64,000 bases of DNA, from the NCBI RefSeq assembly GCF_044704955.1, contig NC_091999.1:24056001-24120000 (forward strand), read 5' to 3'. Of this stretch, positions 25,800 through 37,038 are shown piece after piece. The notes beneath the pieces were generated by a model. It did no database searches, was not told the origin of the DNA, and was given only the letters and a program-made list of their open reading frames with translations. Origin of the DNA: Pristiophorus japonicus. Taxonomy: Eukaryota. Positions within the stretch are counted from its first letter, which is position 1. Each line of letters starts with the position of its first letter. A program made the translations under genes and the position numbers.

Positions 25800-26228
25800 G
25801 CCGTACATTTATATAGCGCCTTTCACGAACACCAGACGTCTCAAAGCTCTTCACAGAGAATGAAATACCTTTGGAGTGCAGTCACTGTTGTGATGTGGGA
25901 AAGGCGGCAGCTAATTTGTGACCAGCAAACTCCCACAGACAGCAATGTGATAATGACCAGTTAAACTGTTTTTGTTATTTTGATTAAAGGATAAATATTG
26001 GCCACGACGCCGGGTGTAGCTTCCCTGCTCTTTTTGAAATAGTGCCATGAGATCTTTTACGTCCACCAGAGAGAGAGTTGACCAGGCTTCTGTTTAAAGG
26101 CTCAGCCGAAAGCTGGCCCCTCTGACAGTGCATTGACACTGGAGTTTCAGCCTAGATTTTTTGTGCTCAAGTCTCTGGAGTGGGACTTGAACCCACAACC
26201 TTCTGACTCACTGAGCCACAGCTGACAC
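25800..26228 (-). mobile_element. Deu-domain SINE (SacSINE1-like)
   Basis: Homologous to 6600-7030; B-box-like gggttcaagtcccac on the minus strand. Confidence 0.7.
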
Positions 26229-26229
26229 C

Positions 26230-26700
26230 TCTGCTAAGGCCAATATATCCTTCCTATCCACTCTATCTAGGCCCCTCAAGTGCATATCCAAGTACTTTTA
26301 AATGTTATGAGGTTTTCTGCCGCTACCATCCTTTCAGGCAGTCAGTTCCAGACTCCCACCATCCTCTCGGTGAAAAAAATTCTCAAATCTCATCTAAACC
26401 TTTCACCAATTACTTTAAATCTATGCACCTCCAGCGATTGACCCTCTGCTAAGGGAAATAGATCCTTCCTATCCACTCTATCTAGGCCCCTCATAATTTT
26501 ATACACCTCAATGAGGTCTCCGCTCAGCGTCCTCTTTTCCGAAACAAACAACTCCAGTCTATCCAATCTGTCCTCATAGCTAAAATTCTCAGGTCCAGGC
26601 AACATCCTCGTAAATCTTTGTACCCTGAGTGGTGCAATCACATCTTAATTGTAATGTGGTGACCAGAACTGCACACAGTACTCTAGCTGTGGCCTAACTA
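26230..26700 (-). mobile_element. CR1 fragment
   Basis: VQRFTRMLPG..GDLIEVYKIMRGLDRV. Confidence 0.8.
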
Positions 26701-26920
26701 GAACCTAGCCAGAGTCAGCACCTTCAGGGGAGGAGAGGGAGGGGAACCAGTGAGTGTAGAACTGAACCCAGCCAGAGTCAGCACCTTCACGGGAGGAGAG
26801 GGAGGGGGACCAGTGAGTGTAGAACTGAATCCAACCAGAGTCAGCACCTTCAGGGGAGGAGAGGGAGAGGACCCAGTGAGTGTAGAACTGAACCCAGCCA
26901 GAGTCAATACCTTCAGCATG
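26701..26920 (+). repeat. 63-bp tandem repeat upstream of the ZNF exon
   Basis: gaacccagccagagtcagcaccttcaggggaggagagggaggggaaccagtgagtgtagaact, about 3.5 copies. Confidence 0.88.
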
Positions 26921-27347
26921 AAGGAAAAAATGTTGGCAATGATGTAATGGGTTTGAATTTCAGCATGGGGAGTAGGGATGACTTTTGTAAACGCCTTTTT
27001 CAGGGGATTAGAAGGGGAAGATTTGCAGATGGGAAACTGGAACCAAACATCACCAACATCTCACAGAGTCACTTGATCCACCGCAACATGAATATCATCG
27101 GCCTTTGAATGTGGAAGGAGAAATATTTGTCTGTTCTGCCTGCAGGCAAATATTCCAAACATCAGTGTGACTGCAAAAGCACTGAGACACACACAGCCAA
27201 GTGAGAGTGTTCCATGGCACTGCCTTTGGAAAGAGCTTTAACCAGCCTGAAAAAACATCGCACCATTCACAGCGCAGAGAATCTGTAAACGTATCGTGTG
27301 TGGGCAAGGCTTCAACTGATCATCCAATCTGGAGAGATACCAGCAGC

Positions 27348-28023
27348 ATGGAGAAACCGTGGGAATGTGGAGACTGTGGGAAGGGATTCAGTTACCCGTC
27401 TGAGCTGGAAATTCACAAGCGCATTCACACTGGGGAGAGGCTGTTCACCTGTTCAGAGTATGGGAAAGGATTCACTCGGCCATCCCACCTGCTGAGACAC
27501 CAGCGAGTACATACCGGGGAGAGGCCGTTCACCTGCTCCATGTGTGGGAAGGGATTCAGTGATTCATCCAGCCTACTGGCACACCAGCCAGTTCACACTG
27601 GGGAGTGGCCATTCACCTGTGTCCGTGTGTGGGAAGGGATTCACTTGTTCATCCAACCTGCTGGCACACCAACTTGTTCACACCAATAAGAAACCGTTTA
27701 AATGTTCTGACTGTGAGAAGAGCTTTAAAAGCAGAAATAATCTGAGGAAACATCAATGCGCTCACACTGGGGAGAGGCCGTTCACCTGCTCCGTCTGTGG
27801 GAAGCGATTTACTGCCCCATACAACCTGCTGACACACCAGCGAGTTCACACTGGGGAGAGGCCGTTCACTTGCTCAGAGTGTGGGAAGCGATTCACTCAG
27901 AAATCCAACCTGCTGACACACCAGCTGGTTCACACTGGGGAGAGGCCATTCACCTGCTCCGTCTGTGGGAAGGGATTCACTGCCCCATACAACCTGTTGA
28001 GACACCTGCGAGTTCACAAGTGA
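27348..28023 (+). pseudogene. C2H2 zinc-finger gene, 8 fingers, frameshift at about 27620 and Cys>Tyr in finger 2
   Basis: [14 protein letters not shown] in one frame; [16 protein letters not shown]...LRVHK* in another. Confidence 0.82.
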
Positions 28024-28519
28024 CTGCAGGGTTCGATTCTGCTGTGAATCACATCAGGACTGAATCGTGTTCATTTTGACAGTCGGGCTGTGTTTCCCCT
28101 GTAACTGGGCTGGATTTAATGTTCTGGATATCTGACAAATAATCAGCTTTGGTTCCAACACACAGTGTGTCGATTCCTTGACTTCTCCAATATAAGTGGC
28201 GACTAATTGTTGTCCTGTTACTAACTGTTCCTTTTTTGGATCTTTTCTCCTTCATTTAACAAAGAACTGACCTTATGCAGCACCTCACATGACCTCAAAG
28301 TGCTTTACAGCCAATGAAGTGCAACAACACCAAAGTACATTTGAAGTGCATTCACTGTTGTAGTATAGGAAATGCAGCAGATGATTTGCACAAAGCAAGC
28401 TGCCATGAACAGCAATGGCCAGAGAATCTGTTTGAGTGATATTGGTTGAGAGCTGATGGGGCCTCGGTTGAACGACTCATCTGAAAGATGGCAGCACTGA
28501 CATTGCAGCAATCCTGTGC

Positions 28520-28740
28520 AGTACCTGTCCTAGGAGTGTTTGATGGGACAGTGTAGAGGTAGCTTTACACTGTATCTAACCAGTACTGTACCTGTCCTGG
28601 GAGTTTTGATGGGACCGTGTAGAGAGAGCTTTACTCTGTATCTAACCCGTGCTGTACCTGCCCTGGGAGTGTTTGTTGGGAAAGTGTAGAGAGAGCTTTA
28701 CTCTGTATCTAACCCCGTGCTTTACCTGCCATGGAAGTGC
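28520..28740. repeat. About 67-bp satellite (gtacctgccctgggagtgtttgatgggacagtgtagag family)
   Basis: Reverse complement of the units at 56200-56880 and 58050-58310. Confidence 0.8.
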
Positions 28741-28939
28741 TTTAGGCAGACACAAGGTGCTCAGAATGACCCTTCCCCAAACACTGACATCCATCACCTC
28801 GATGAGAGCATCAATTAAGCCAAAGATAAGGAAAACCCATCAGTTCCTCCCCTGGACACAGATTCGGAGGGTCAGTGAGTGTCCCGAACATTGTTGTACA
28901 GTGTGTTCGATAGCTCACCCCTGGGTCTGAGCCTTTTGG

Positions 28940-29320
28940 TGATGATTTGAATTTGATGCCCTCGAGTTGCTGACTCACCGACTGGTGGAAATAGTTTTTC
29001 GTTACATACCGATCAAACTTTGAACACCTCCCTCAGATCTCCAATGACCCTTTGTTCTAATGAAAAGAGTCCCAGTTTCTCCAATCTGCCCTGATAACTA
29101 AAGCCTCTCTTCCCTGGTATTATCTCAGTGAATCTCTCTGCACCCTCTCCATGGGCTCGATATCCTTCCTGGTGTAAGATCCCCAAAACCTGACACAATA
29201 CTCGAACTGCAGCCTAACCAATGATTTGTGCAGGTTTACATGACCTCTGCGCTTTTGTACTCCACACCCCTATTTATAAACCATAGGACCCCATGTGCTT
29301 CTTTAACCACGTTATCAACA
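28940..29320 (-). mobile_element. Old CR1 fragment
   Basis: RFTEIIPG..RLEKLGLFSLEQR. Confidence 0.7.
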
Positions 29321-29999
29321 TAAAATGGCTAAAATACATTGACTTTGACTTCAATGAGCATCATGGGAAAGATAAGTTTAATCTGAGTTAGAAACTCAAA
29401 CAATCGATTCACTGCAGACAGGTCACCATGGCAACACTGATCAGACATTCCATTCACTGAACTCACTGTTACAATCTGTAATCAGATCGGGGAAAGAACA
29501 GGGTTTGTCTGTGAGTAACCAGAATGTAAGCTTAAACCAGAGTGAGTAACACAATAGATTAGAATATAACGCGTGATGCTTATACCTATAATTGTGAAAC
29601 TATAAGAACTAACAACTAACAGCAGGCAGGGGAGTTTCGGGATAATGAGAAAATTACTGAAGAAAAGTAACTGCTGGGAACCAGGGACAGTGTCCTTGTA
29701 AATCACGGATTAGAGACGTTCCAGCTATCTTTTCCTCGTATCCTGCCCAAACCCAGCAGACAAGACAAAGAAGAGTCCAGTGCCAGAGGTGGATCAGTGC
29801 AGGGTATAAAAGTGAGGAGTGACTGATGTAAGAGGGCAGTGGGGACGAGAGACACCGGAGATCAAGCTCAGGGCACCCGAGGTTCAATCCAGTTACTGTG
29901 GACACACGGGACTTCCATCTTTACTCTGATGTGGTAGAGCACCGAGAATCTGCTCAAGTTATATTTCTTAAAATATTAATGTTTCTCATAATAATCATT

Positions 30000-30725
30000 G
30001 AATATATTTAAGGTGGAGATAGACATATTTTTGAGCGATCAGGGAGTGAAGAGTTATGGGGATCGGGCAGGGAAGTGGATTTGAGGCCAGAATTAGATCA
30101 GCCATGATCTTATTGAATGACGGAGCAGGCTCGAGGAGCCAGATGGCCTACTCCTGCTCCTATTTCTTATGTTCTTGTATTATAACACTCGTCTCTCGAT
30201 CCTCAATAAGACATGGAATTAGCTGGAATCCTACAACCCTAAATCTCTCTGCTCCTCTACTCCATTGAAAGTTTTACCATTTAATATACATTTCCTCCCT
30301 TTTTCTTCCACCCGAAATCTATCGCAGCACATTTCTCTGCATTAACTTTCATTTCACATCTACCTGCCCAATTATTAACCTGTGTATTGACAATGAAGGC
30401 ACTTAAAGTCCTCTTCACAGTTAGCCATGAGCCCTTTTTGGTGTTCCCTGGAGATTTTGATCATGTGCCCCATATACCCAAGCCCAGATCATTTCTCTAT
30501 ATTGAGCAGAGCAATGGTCCCAACACTGACCGTGGGGACACCACTGTTTACATCCCCCCAGTCTGAAGAACCTCCATTAACCGCCACTCTCTGTTTTCTG
30601 CCCTTGACCCAACTTCCTCTCCACGCTGCCCCACTCCCTTTAATACTGTGAGCCTTAATTTGGTCAACAAGCCTCCTGTCCGGCATCTTATCGAACACCT
30701 TTTGACAATCCATCTACACAACATT
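30000..30725. mobile_element. CR1 3' end (+, 30000-30180) and CR1 RT fragment (-, 30250-30725)
   Basis: 3' hairpin ggagcaggctcgagg..gcctactcctgctcc; DCQKVFDKMP..RKQRVAVNG..VNSGVP. Confidence 0.7.
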
Positions 30726-30994
30726 TATTTCCGTTCTCACTGCACTGTGTGATTTCCTGAAACCCTGCTGCCTGTCCTGAATGAATCCATTTCACTAACA
30801 GATGATGCAATGTTTGCTCCACCCCACAGGGTTCCATCTATTTAAAGCCACAACACAAAGGTCCCGTTTCCTCCTGGAGTTTAAGAGACAACACTCCGCA
30901 TTATCCGCCGCCTCACAACCACCCGCCAGTTTCAGACACAGACTCTGGGACCACCAGGAAGTGCTGGGAAATCCCCAGCGAGTCAGGAAGTGTC

Positions 30995-32225
30995 GGTAAC
31001 TGGAGGAGAAATGGGGACTGGTCAGGGAGTGTCTGTAAATGGAGGAGAAATGGGGACTGGTCAGGGAGCATCTGTAAATGGAGGAGAAATGGGGAGGGGT
31101 CAAGGAGTGTCTGTAAATGGAGGAGAAATGGGGACTGGTCACGGCGTGTCTGTAAATGGGGGAGAAATGGGGACTGGTCAGGGTGTGTCTGTAAATGGAG
31201 GAGAAATGGGGAGTGGTCAGGAAGTGTCTGTAAATGGAGGAGAAATGGGTACTGGTCAGGGAGTGTCTGTAAATGGAGGAGAAATGGGGACTGGTCAGGG
31301 AGTGTCTGTAAATGGAGGAGAAATGGGGACTGGTCAGGAAGCATCTGTAAATGGGGGAGAAATGGGGACTGGACAGGGAGTGTCTGTAAATGGAGGAGAA
31401 ATGGGGACTGGTCAGGGAGTGTCTGTAAATGGAGGAGAAATGGGGACTGGTCAGGGAGTGTCTGTAAATGGAGGAGAAATAGCAACTGGTGAGGGAGCGT
31501 CCGTAAATGGAGAAATGGGGACTGGTCAGGGAGCATCTGTAAATGGAGGAGGAATGGGGACTGATCATGGAGTGTCTGTAAATGGAGGAGAAATGAGGAC
31601 TTGTCAGGGAGTGTCTGTAAATGGAGGAGAAATGAGGACAGGTCAGGGAGTGTCTTTAAATGGAGGAGAAATGAGGACCGGTGAGGGAGTGTCTGTAAAT
31701 GGGGACTGGTTAGGGAGCGTCTGTAAATGGAGGAGAAATGGGGAGTGTCAGGGAGTGTCTGTAAATGGAGGAGAAATAGCAACTGGTCAGGGAGCGTCCG
31801 TAAATGGAGAAATGGGGACTGGTCAGGGAGCATCTGTACATGGAGGTGGAATGGGGACTGATCAGGGAGTGTCTCTAAATGGAGGAGAAATGAGGACCGG
31901 TCAGGGAGTGTCTGTAAATGGAGGAGAAATGAGGACCGGTCAGGGAGTGTCTGTAAATGGAGGAGAAATGAGGACCGGTCAGGGAGTGTCTGTAAATGGA
32001 GGAGAAATGAGGACCGGTCAGGGAGTGTCTGTAAATGGAGAAATGGGGACCGGTTAGGGAGCGTCTGTAAATGGAGGAGAAATGGGGACTGGTCAGGAAG
32101 CATCTGTAAATGGGGGAGAAATGGGGACTGATCAGGGAGTGTCCGTAAATGGAGAAATGGGGACCGGTCAGGGAGCGTGTGCAAATGGAAGGAAAATGGC
32201 GATTGGTCAGGGAGCGTCTGTAAAT
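30995..32225. repeat. 39-bp minisatellite (about 31 copies)
   Basis: ggaggagaaatggggactggtcagggagtgtctgtaaat; the long ORFs here arise from the 13-codon period. Confidence 0.95.
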
Positions 32226-32424
32226 TAATTAGAAATTACTATTTTTAGTGAACAAATGTATAATTTCCCGTGTCCCAGCTCCTGTAAATACTGGCCGTAA
32301 AGGGATCGAATCCTCAGGAGGCTCCACACTGCTGGCTGTTCATGAGTCAGTGATCTCGCATCACATTCATGGGCTTCTGCTTTGTGTATTTAATAAAGTG
32401 TCAGGAGCATTTCACAAACAGTGA

Positions 32425-33421
32425 GGAACCAGTGAGTGTAGAACTGAACCCAGCCAGAGTCAGTACCTTCAGGGGAGGGAAGCCAGTGAGTGTAGAACTG
32501 AACCCAGCCAGAGCCAGTACCTTCAGGGGAGGGGAACCAATGAGTGTAGAACTGAACCCAGCAAGAGTCAGTACCTTCAGGTGGGAGGGGGCGAGCCCGA
32601 GTTGGCGGAGAGGGAGAGACGGGGTTGGGGGAGCCGGAGTTGGGGGAGAGGGGGAGGGAGAAAGAACGAGTTGGGGGAGAGGGGTGGAGAGGGAGAGCCT
32701 GAGTTGGGGGAGGGGGGATGGGGAGAGCACAAGTTGGGGGAGTGGGGGAGGGGAAGAACCCGAGTTGGGGTAGATGGTTAGTGCCCGATTGAGGGGGAGG
32801 GGGGAGCCGGAATTGCGGGGGAGGGGGAGGAGGAAAGCCCGTGTTGGGGGAGAGAGGGACGGGGAGCCCGAATTTGGGGAGAGGGGGAGGGGGAGCCCGA
32901 GTTGAGGGAGAGGTGGAGGGGGAGAGCCCGAGTTGGGGGAGAGGGGGAGAGCCCGAGTTGGGGGAGAGAGGGAGGGGGAGAGCCCGTGTTGGGGGAGAGG
33001 GAGAGGGAGGGGGAGAGCCCGAGTTGGGGGAGTGGGGGAGCCCAAGTTATTTGGGGAGAGGGGGAAGGGGAGGAGCCTGAGTTGTGGGGAGGAGAGGAGC
33101 CCGAGTTGGGGGGTGGGGTGGAACCCCAGTTGGGGGAGGTGAGAAGCGCCAGTTGTGGGGGAGAGAAGTAGCCTAAGTTGCGGGGGGGGGTGTGGTGAGT
33201 AGCTCGAGTCGGGGGGGAGGGGAGGATGTAGGAGCCCGAGTCAGAAGTAGAGGGGAGGGTGGAGGAGCCCGAGTCGGGAGGGGAGGGAGCCCGAGCCAGA
33301 GTGTGGTGGGTGGGAGGGGAGGGAGCCCGAGTTGTGGGGGAGGGTAGGGAGCCCGAGTTGAGCTGGGAGAGAGCCCGAGTTGGGGAGAGGAGGGGTGGGA
33401 GCCCGAGTTGGGGGAGGGGTG
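32425..33421. repeat. 54-bp ZNF-upstream repeat (3 copies) followed by a G/A-rich gagcccgagttggggg minisatellite
   Basis: Direct inspection; ends abruptly at the Gypsy LTR. Confidence 0.85.
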
Positions 33422-35948
33422 TGTTGTGTTTCTGTAAAGCATGCACTCCCATGTTCTGCCAACAGGGAGCACATCCCCTGAAGTCCCAAGGGATCCCAGC
33501 ATCCCTTGGGAGCACTGTACATAAGCCGGCCCCTAAGGCCTGTTCCTCATTCTGGAATGCCTTAATAAAGACTGAGGTCACTGTTACTTTAACCTCCCTG
33601 TGTGCAGTCTCATCTCTGTTAGGAACACAATAACTGGCGACGAGTATGCAAATCCAATGGAAGGATGCAGCAAACTGTTGGCGTCCTGGAGAAGGTCTTG
33701 GAGGATGGGAACTAGGAAGCCTATGTCGAACGGCTAAACCATTACTTTGTAGCCAATGAGCTGGACGGAGAAGGAGGCGCTGCGAAAAGGAGAGCAGACC
33801 TCCTCACGGTTTGCGGGGCACCGACCTACAGCCTCATGAAGAATCTTCTGGCTTCAGTGAAACTCACAGATAAGTCGTATGAGGAGCTGTGTACACTGGT
33901 TCGGGAGCATCTTAACCCGAGGGAGAGCGTGCTGATGGCGTGATATCGGTTCTACATGTGCCAGCGATCTGAAGGTCAGGAAGTGGCGAGCTACATCGCC
34001 GAGCTAAGGCGACTTGCAGGACAATGTGAATATGATGGCTACCTGGAGCAGCTGCTCGGAGACTTTTTTGTACTGGGCATTATCCACAAGACCATCTGAC
34101 GAAAACTTTTGACTTTAGAGACACCGACCCTCAGTAAGGCCATTGAAATAGCACAGGCGTTTATGTCCGTCAGTGATAACACCAAACAAATCTCTCAGCA
34201 CACAAGTGCTAGCAATGTTCACAAATTATATGGAACTGTGTTTGTGAGCAGAAATGTACAGGGCAGAAACCACGTATTTGCAATTGCCAGAAGGCCTCAG
34301 GTGACCCAGATGACTCAGAGTCCGCAACGAAGGATCAATGCAAGGTAATTCACACCTTGTTGGCGTTGTGGAGGCTTCCATTCAGCCTATTCATGCCGCT
34401 CCAAAGGGTATGTTTGCAACAGCTGTGGAACAATGGGGCTGCTCCAACGAGCTTGCAGACGAGCTGCAAGCTCTGCAAAACCTGCTGACCACCACGTGGC
34501 AGAGGAATATCGGTCCATGGTGGATAAAAGCAATTTCGAGCCTCAGAGAGAGGAGGCAGATGCTGAAGTACACGGGCTGTACATATTTTCGACAAAATGT
34601 CCACCTATAATGCTAAATGTAAAATTGAATGGGTTACCCGTAGCCATGGAACTGGACACTGGCGCTTGCCAGTCCATCATGGGTAAAAATATGTTTGAGA
34701 GACTGTGGTGCAACAAGGCACTCATACCAGCCCTGAGCCCCATGCACACGAAACTGAGAACGTACACCAAAGAGCTCATCACTGTACTGCGCAGCGCCAT
34801 GGTCAAGGTCACCTATGAGGGCACGGAGCATGAACTGCCACTCTGTATTGTCCCGGGCGATGGCCCCACACTGCTTGGAAGGAGTTGGCTGGGCAAAATC
34901 CGCTGGAACTGGGATGACATCCGAGCGCTATCACATGTCGATGAGGCCTCATGTACCCAGGTTCTTAAAAATATCCTTCCCTTTTTGAGCCAGGCATTAG
35001 ACATTTTTACCGGGGCGAAGGTGCTCATCCACTTGGTCCCAGAGGTACGGCCCATTCACTACAAGCTGCGAGCGGTACCTCACATGATGATGGAGAGAGT
35101 GGAAATCGAGTTGGACAGGCTGCAACGCGAGGACATCATCTCCCCAGTGGAATTCAGTGAGTGGGCCAGCCCGATTGTTCCAAAGTGATGGCACGATCAG
35201 GATTTGTGGCGATTATAAAGTAACTATTAATTATTTCTCGCTACAGGACCAATACCCACTACCTAAGGCAGACTACCTATTTGCGACGCTGACAGGAGGC
35301 AAGGCGTTCACCAAGATCGACCTGACTTCGGCCTACATGACGCAGGAGTTGGAGGAGTCTTCGAAGGGCCTCACCTGCATCAACACGCACAAGGGACTGT
35401 TCATCTCCAACAGATGCCCGTTTGGAATTCGGTTGGCTGCAGCGATCTTCCAGAGAAACATGGAGAGCCTACTCAAGTCAGTACCATGCACAGTGGTCTT
35501 TCAGGACGACATATTGGTCATGGGTCGGGACACTGTGGAGCACCTACAAACCTAGAGGGGGTCCTCCAGCGAATGGATCGCGTAGGGCTGCGGCTGAAGA
35601 GGTCGAAATGCGTTTTCATGACAACAGAAGTGGAGTTTCTGGGGAGAAAGATCGCGGCGGACGGCATTCGGCCCACAGACGCCAAGACAGAGGCGATCTG
35701 GAACGCGCCCAGGCCACAGAACATCATGGAGCTGAGGTCGTTCCTGGGACTTCTCAACTATTTTGGCAACTTCCTACCGGGTTAAGCACCCTCTTAGAGC
35801 CCCTACATGTGTTATTGCGTAAAGGTGAGAAATGGGTATGTGGGAAAAAAACAAGTAATTGCTTTTGAGAAAGCCAGAAACATTTTATGCTCCAACAAGC
35901 TGCTTGTATTGTATAACCTGTGTAAAAGACTTGTGCGAGCATGTGCTT
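33422..35948 (+). mobile_element. Ty3/Gypsy LTR retrotransposon, 3'-truncated (5' LTR 33422-33632, gag from 33665, PR, RT, start of RNase H)
   Basis: LTR tgttgtgt...acacaata with AATAAA; PBS tggcgacgag; zinc knuckles CWRCGGFHSAYSC; MELDTGA; ICGDYKVTIN; FQDDILV; ELRSFLGLLNYF. Confidence 0.92.
33635..33644 (+). promoter_or_regulatory. Gypsy primer-binding site (tRNA-Ser GCT-like)
   Basis: TGGCGACGAG 2 nt after the LTR end. Confidence 0.7.
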
Positions 35949-36472
35949 TGGATCGATAATAATAGATCCAGATTCGGGATCTGGATGAATTTTAAATAAG
36001 AGACAAGACAAATGAAGTAAAGATAAAACACCATTTACTGAGAGAAAGGAAACATCATAGAGTTTACGAAGAAAAGGGAAGTATGATAAGATGCAACAAA
36101 GCTCACGGCCTTCGGCCCGTCGGGAACTCCGCAACGACGGCTGGTCTGGAGCCTTAGGGGTCCCGGCACCACTCGCGAATCACTGTTTAAGGTGAAATTC
36201 AAAGAGCTACTGGACAGTTCCGTTCCTTTATACTATTGAATAAACATGGGTGCATGTGGCTTATGGACAACTCCTAATCTGTAAGGCCCCAGCGGTTCTT
36301 CTACAAAGCATGAGGCCTCGAGGCGCTGATCGTCCCATAAACAAAATGGTGTGCGCATCAAGGTCTCTCTCTCTCTCTGGATCAACAATATTCTACGAGG
36401 CATGAAGCAGAATACACACTGTAATGTCGGAATATCATAATTAACCCGATGTGATTAACCCTATACAATACA
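35949..36472 (-). repeat. ERV 3' LTR
   Basis: Roughly 90% identical by eye to 41777-42308. Confidence 0.9.
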
Positions 36473-36530
36473 ATCCAATCTTGATATTTAGACATTCTAA
36501 GTAATATAATCGAGTTGAAAGCGTAGTGCA

Positions 36531-36995
36531 TCAGTTACATATTGTGTATGCGCGAACAACGCCCACAATCTACATCAAAGAATACATACATATCAGAAAT
36601 AACGCGATGAGTAAAACAACGATAGGATGTAGTAACAGCTTCAAAGCGGCAGATGTCTTTGGGGACCATCCGTAAAAGATATCCCACCAATGGTGTACCG
36701 TAAGGTCAGTGACAGTTGTCGCAACTCTGACCAAGGCGCCTTCACTGTAACTGATAGCAACTTGCAGAGTATGAAGAGTACACCCTCGTTTGCTCTATTC
36801 GTCAGTGACCTTTTGATTATCTTTTAGAAATTGAGCTTAACGAGTTAGGTCTACAGTGGGAGGAAGGTTAGTAATTGTCTTGCGTACGATCAGTGTTAGC
36901 TATCCGCCGCCCCATGCTGTGTTTGAGGATGGAAGTAGCACAGTCACAGATAACGAGACACAGAGGCTGGCCAGCACGAGTTGGTAAGTCGCCAT
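36531..36995 (-). pseudogene. env: Miniature env-like frame (signal peptide, short ectodomain, TM anchor) with 4 in-frame stops
   Basis: MATYQLVLASLCVSLSVTVLL...HHWWDIFYGWSPKTSAALKLLLHPIVVLLIALFLIC in one frame; acceptor-like tcctcccacAG at 37010-37020. Confidence 0.6.
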
Positions 36996-37038
36996 TTTGG
37001 GCAGAATTCCTGTGGGAGGAATCATAATTATATTAATT

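Noticed and set aside
30795-33633. Long ORFs (257-423 aa) with GEMGTGQGVSVNG or Pro-rich repeats
   Set aside because: Stop-free because of the 39-bp period and G/A strand bias; no independent gene evidence.
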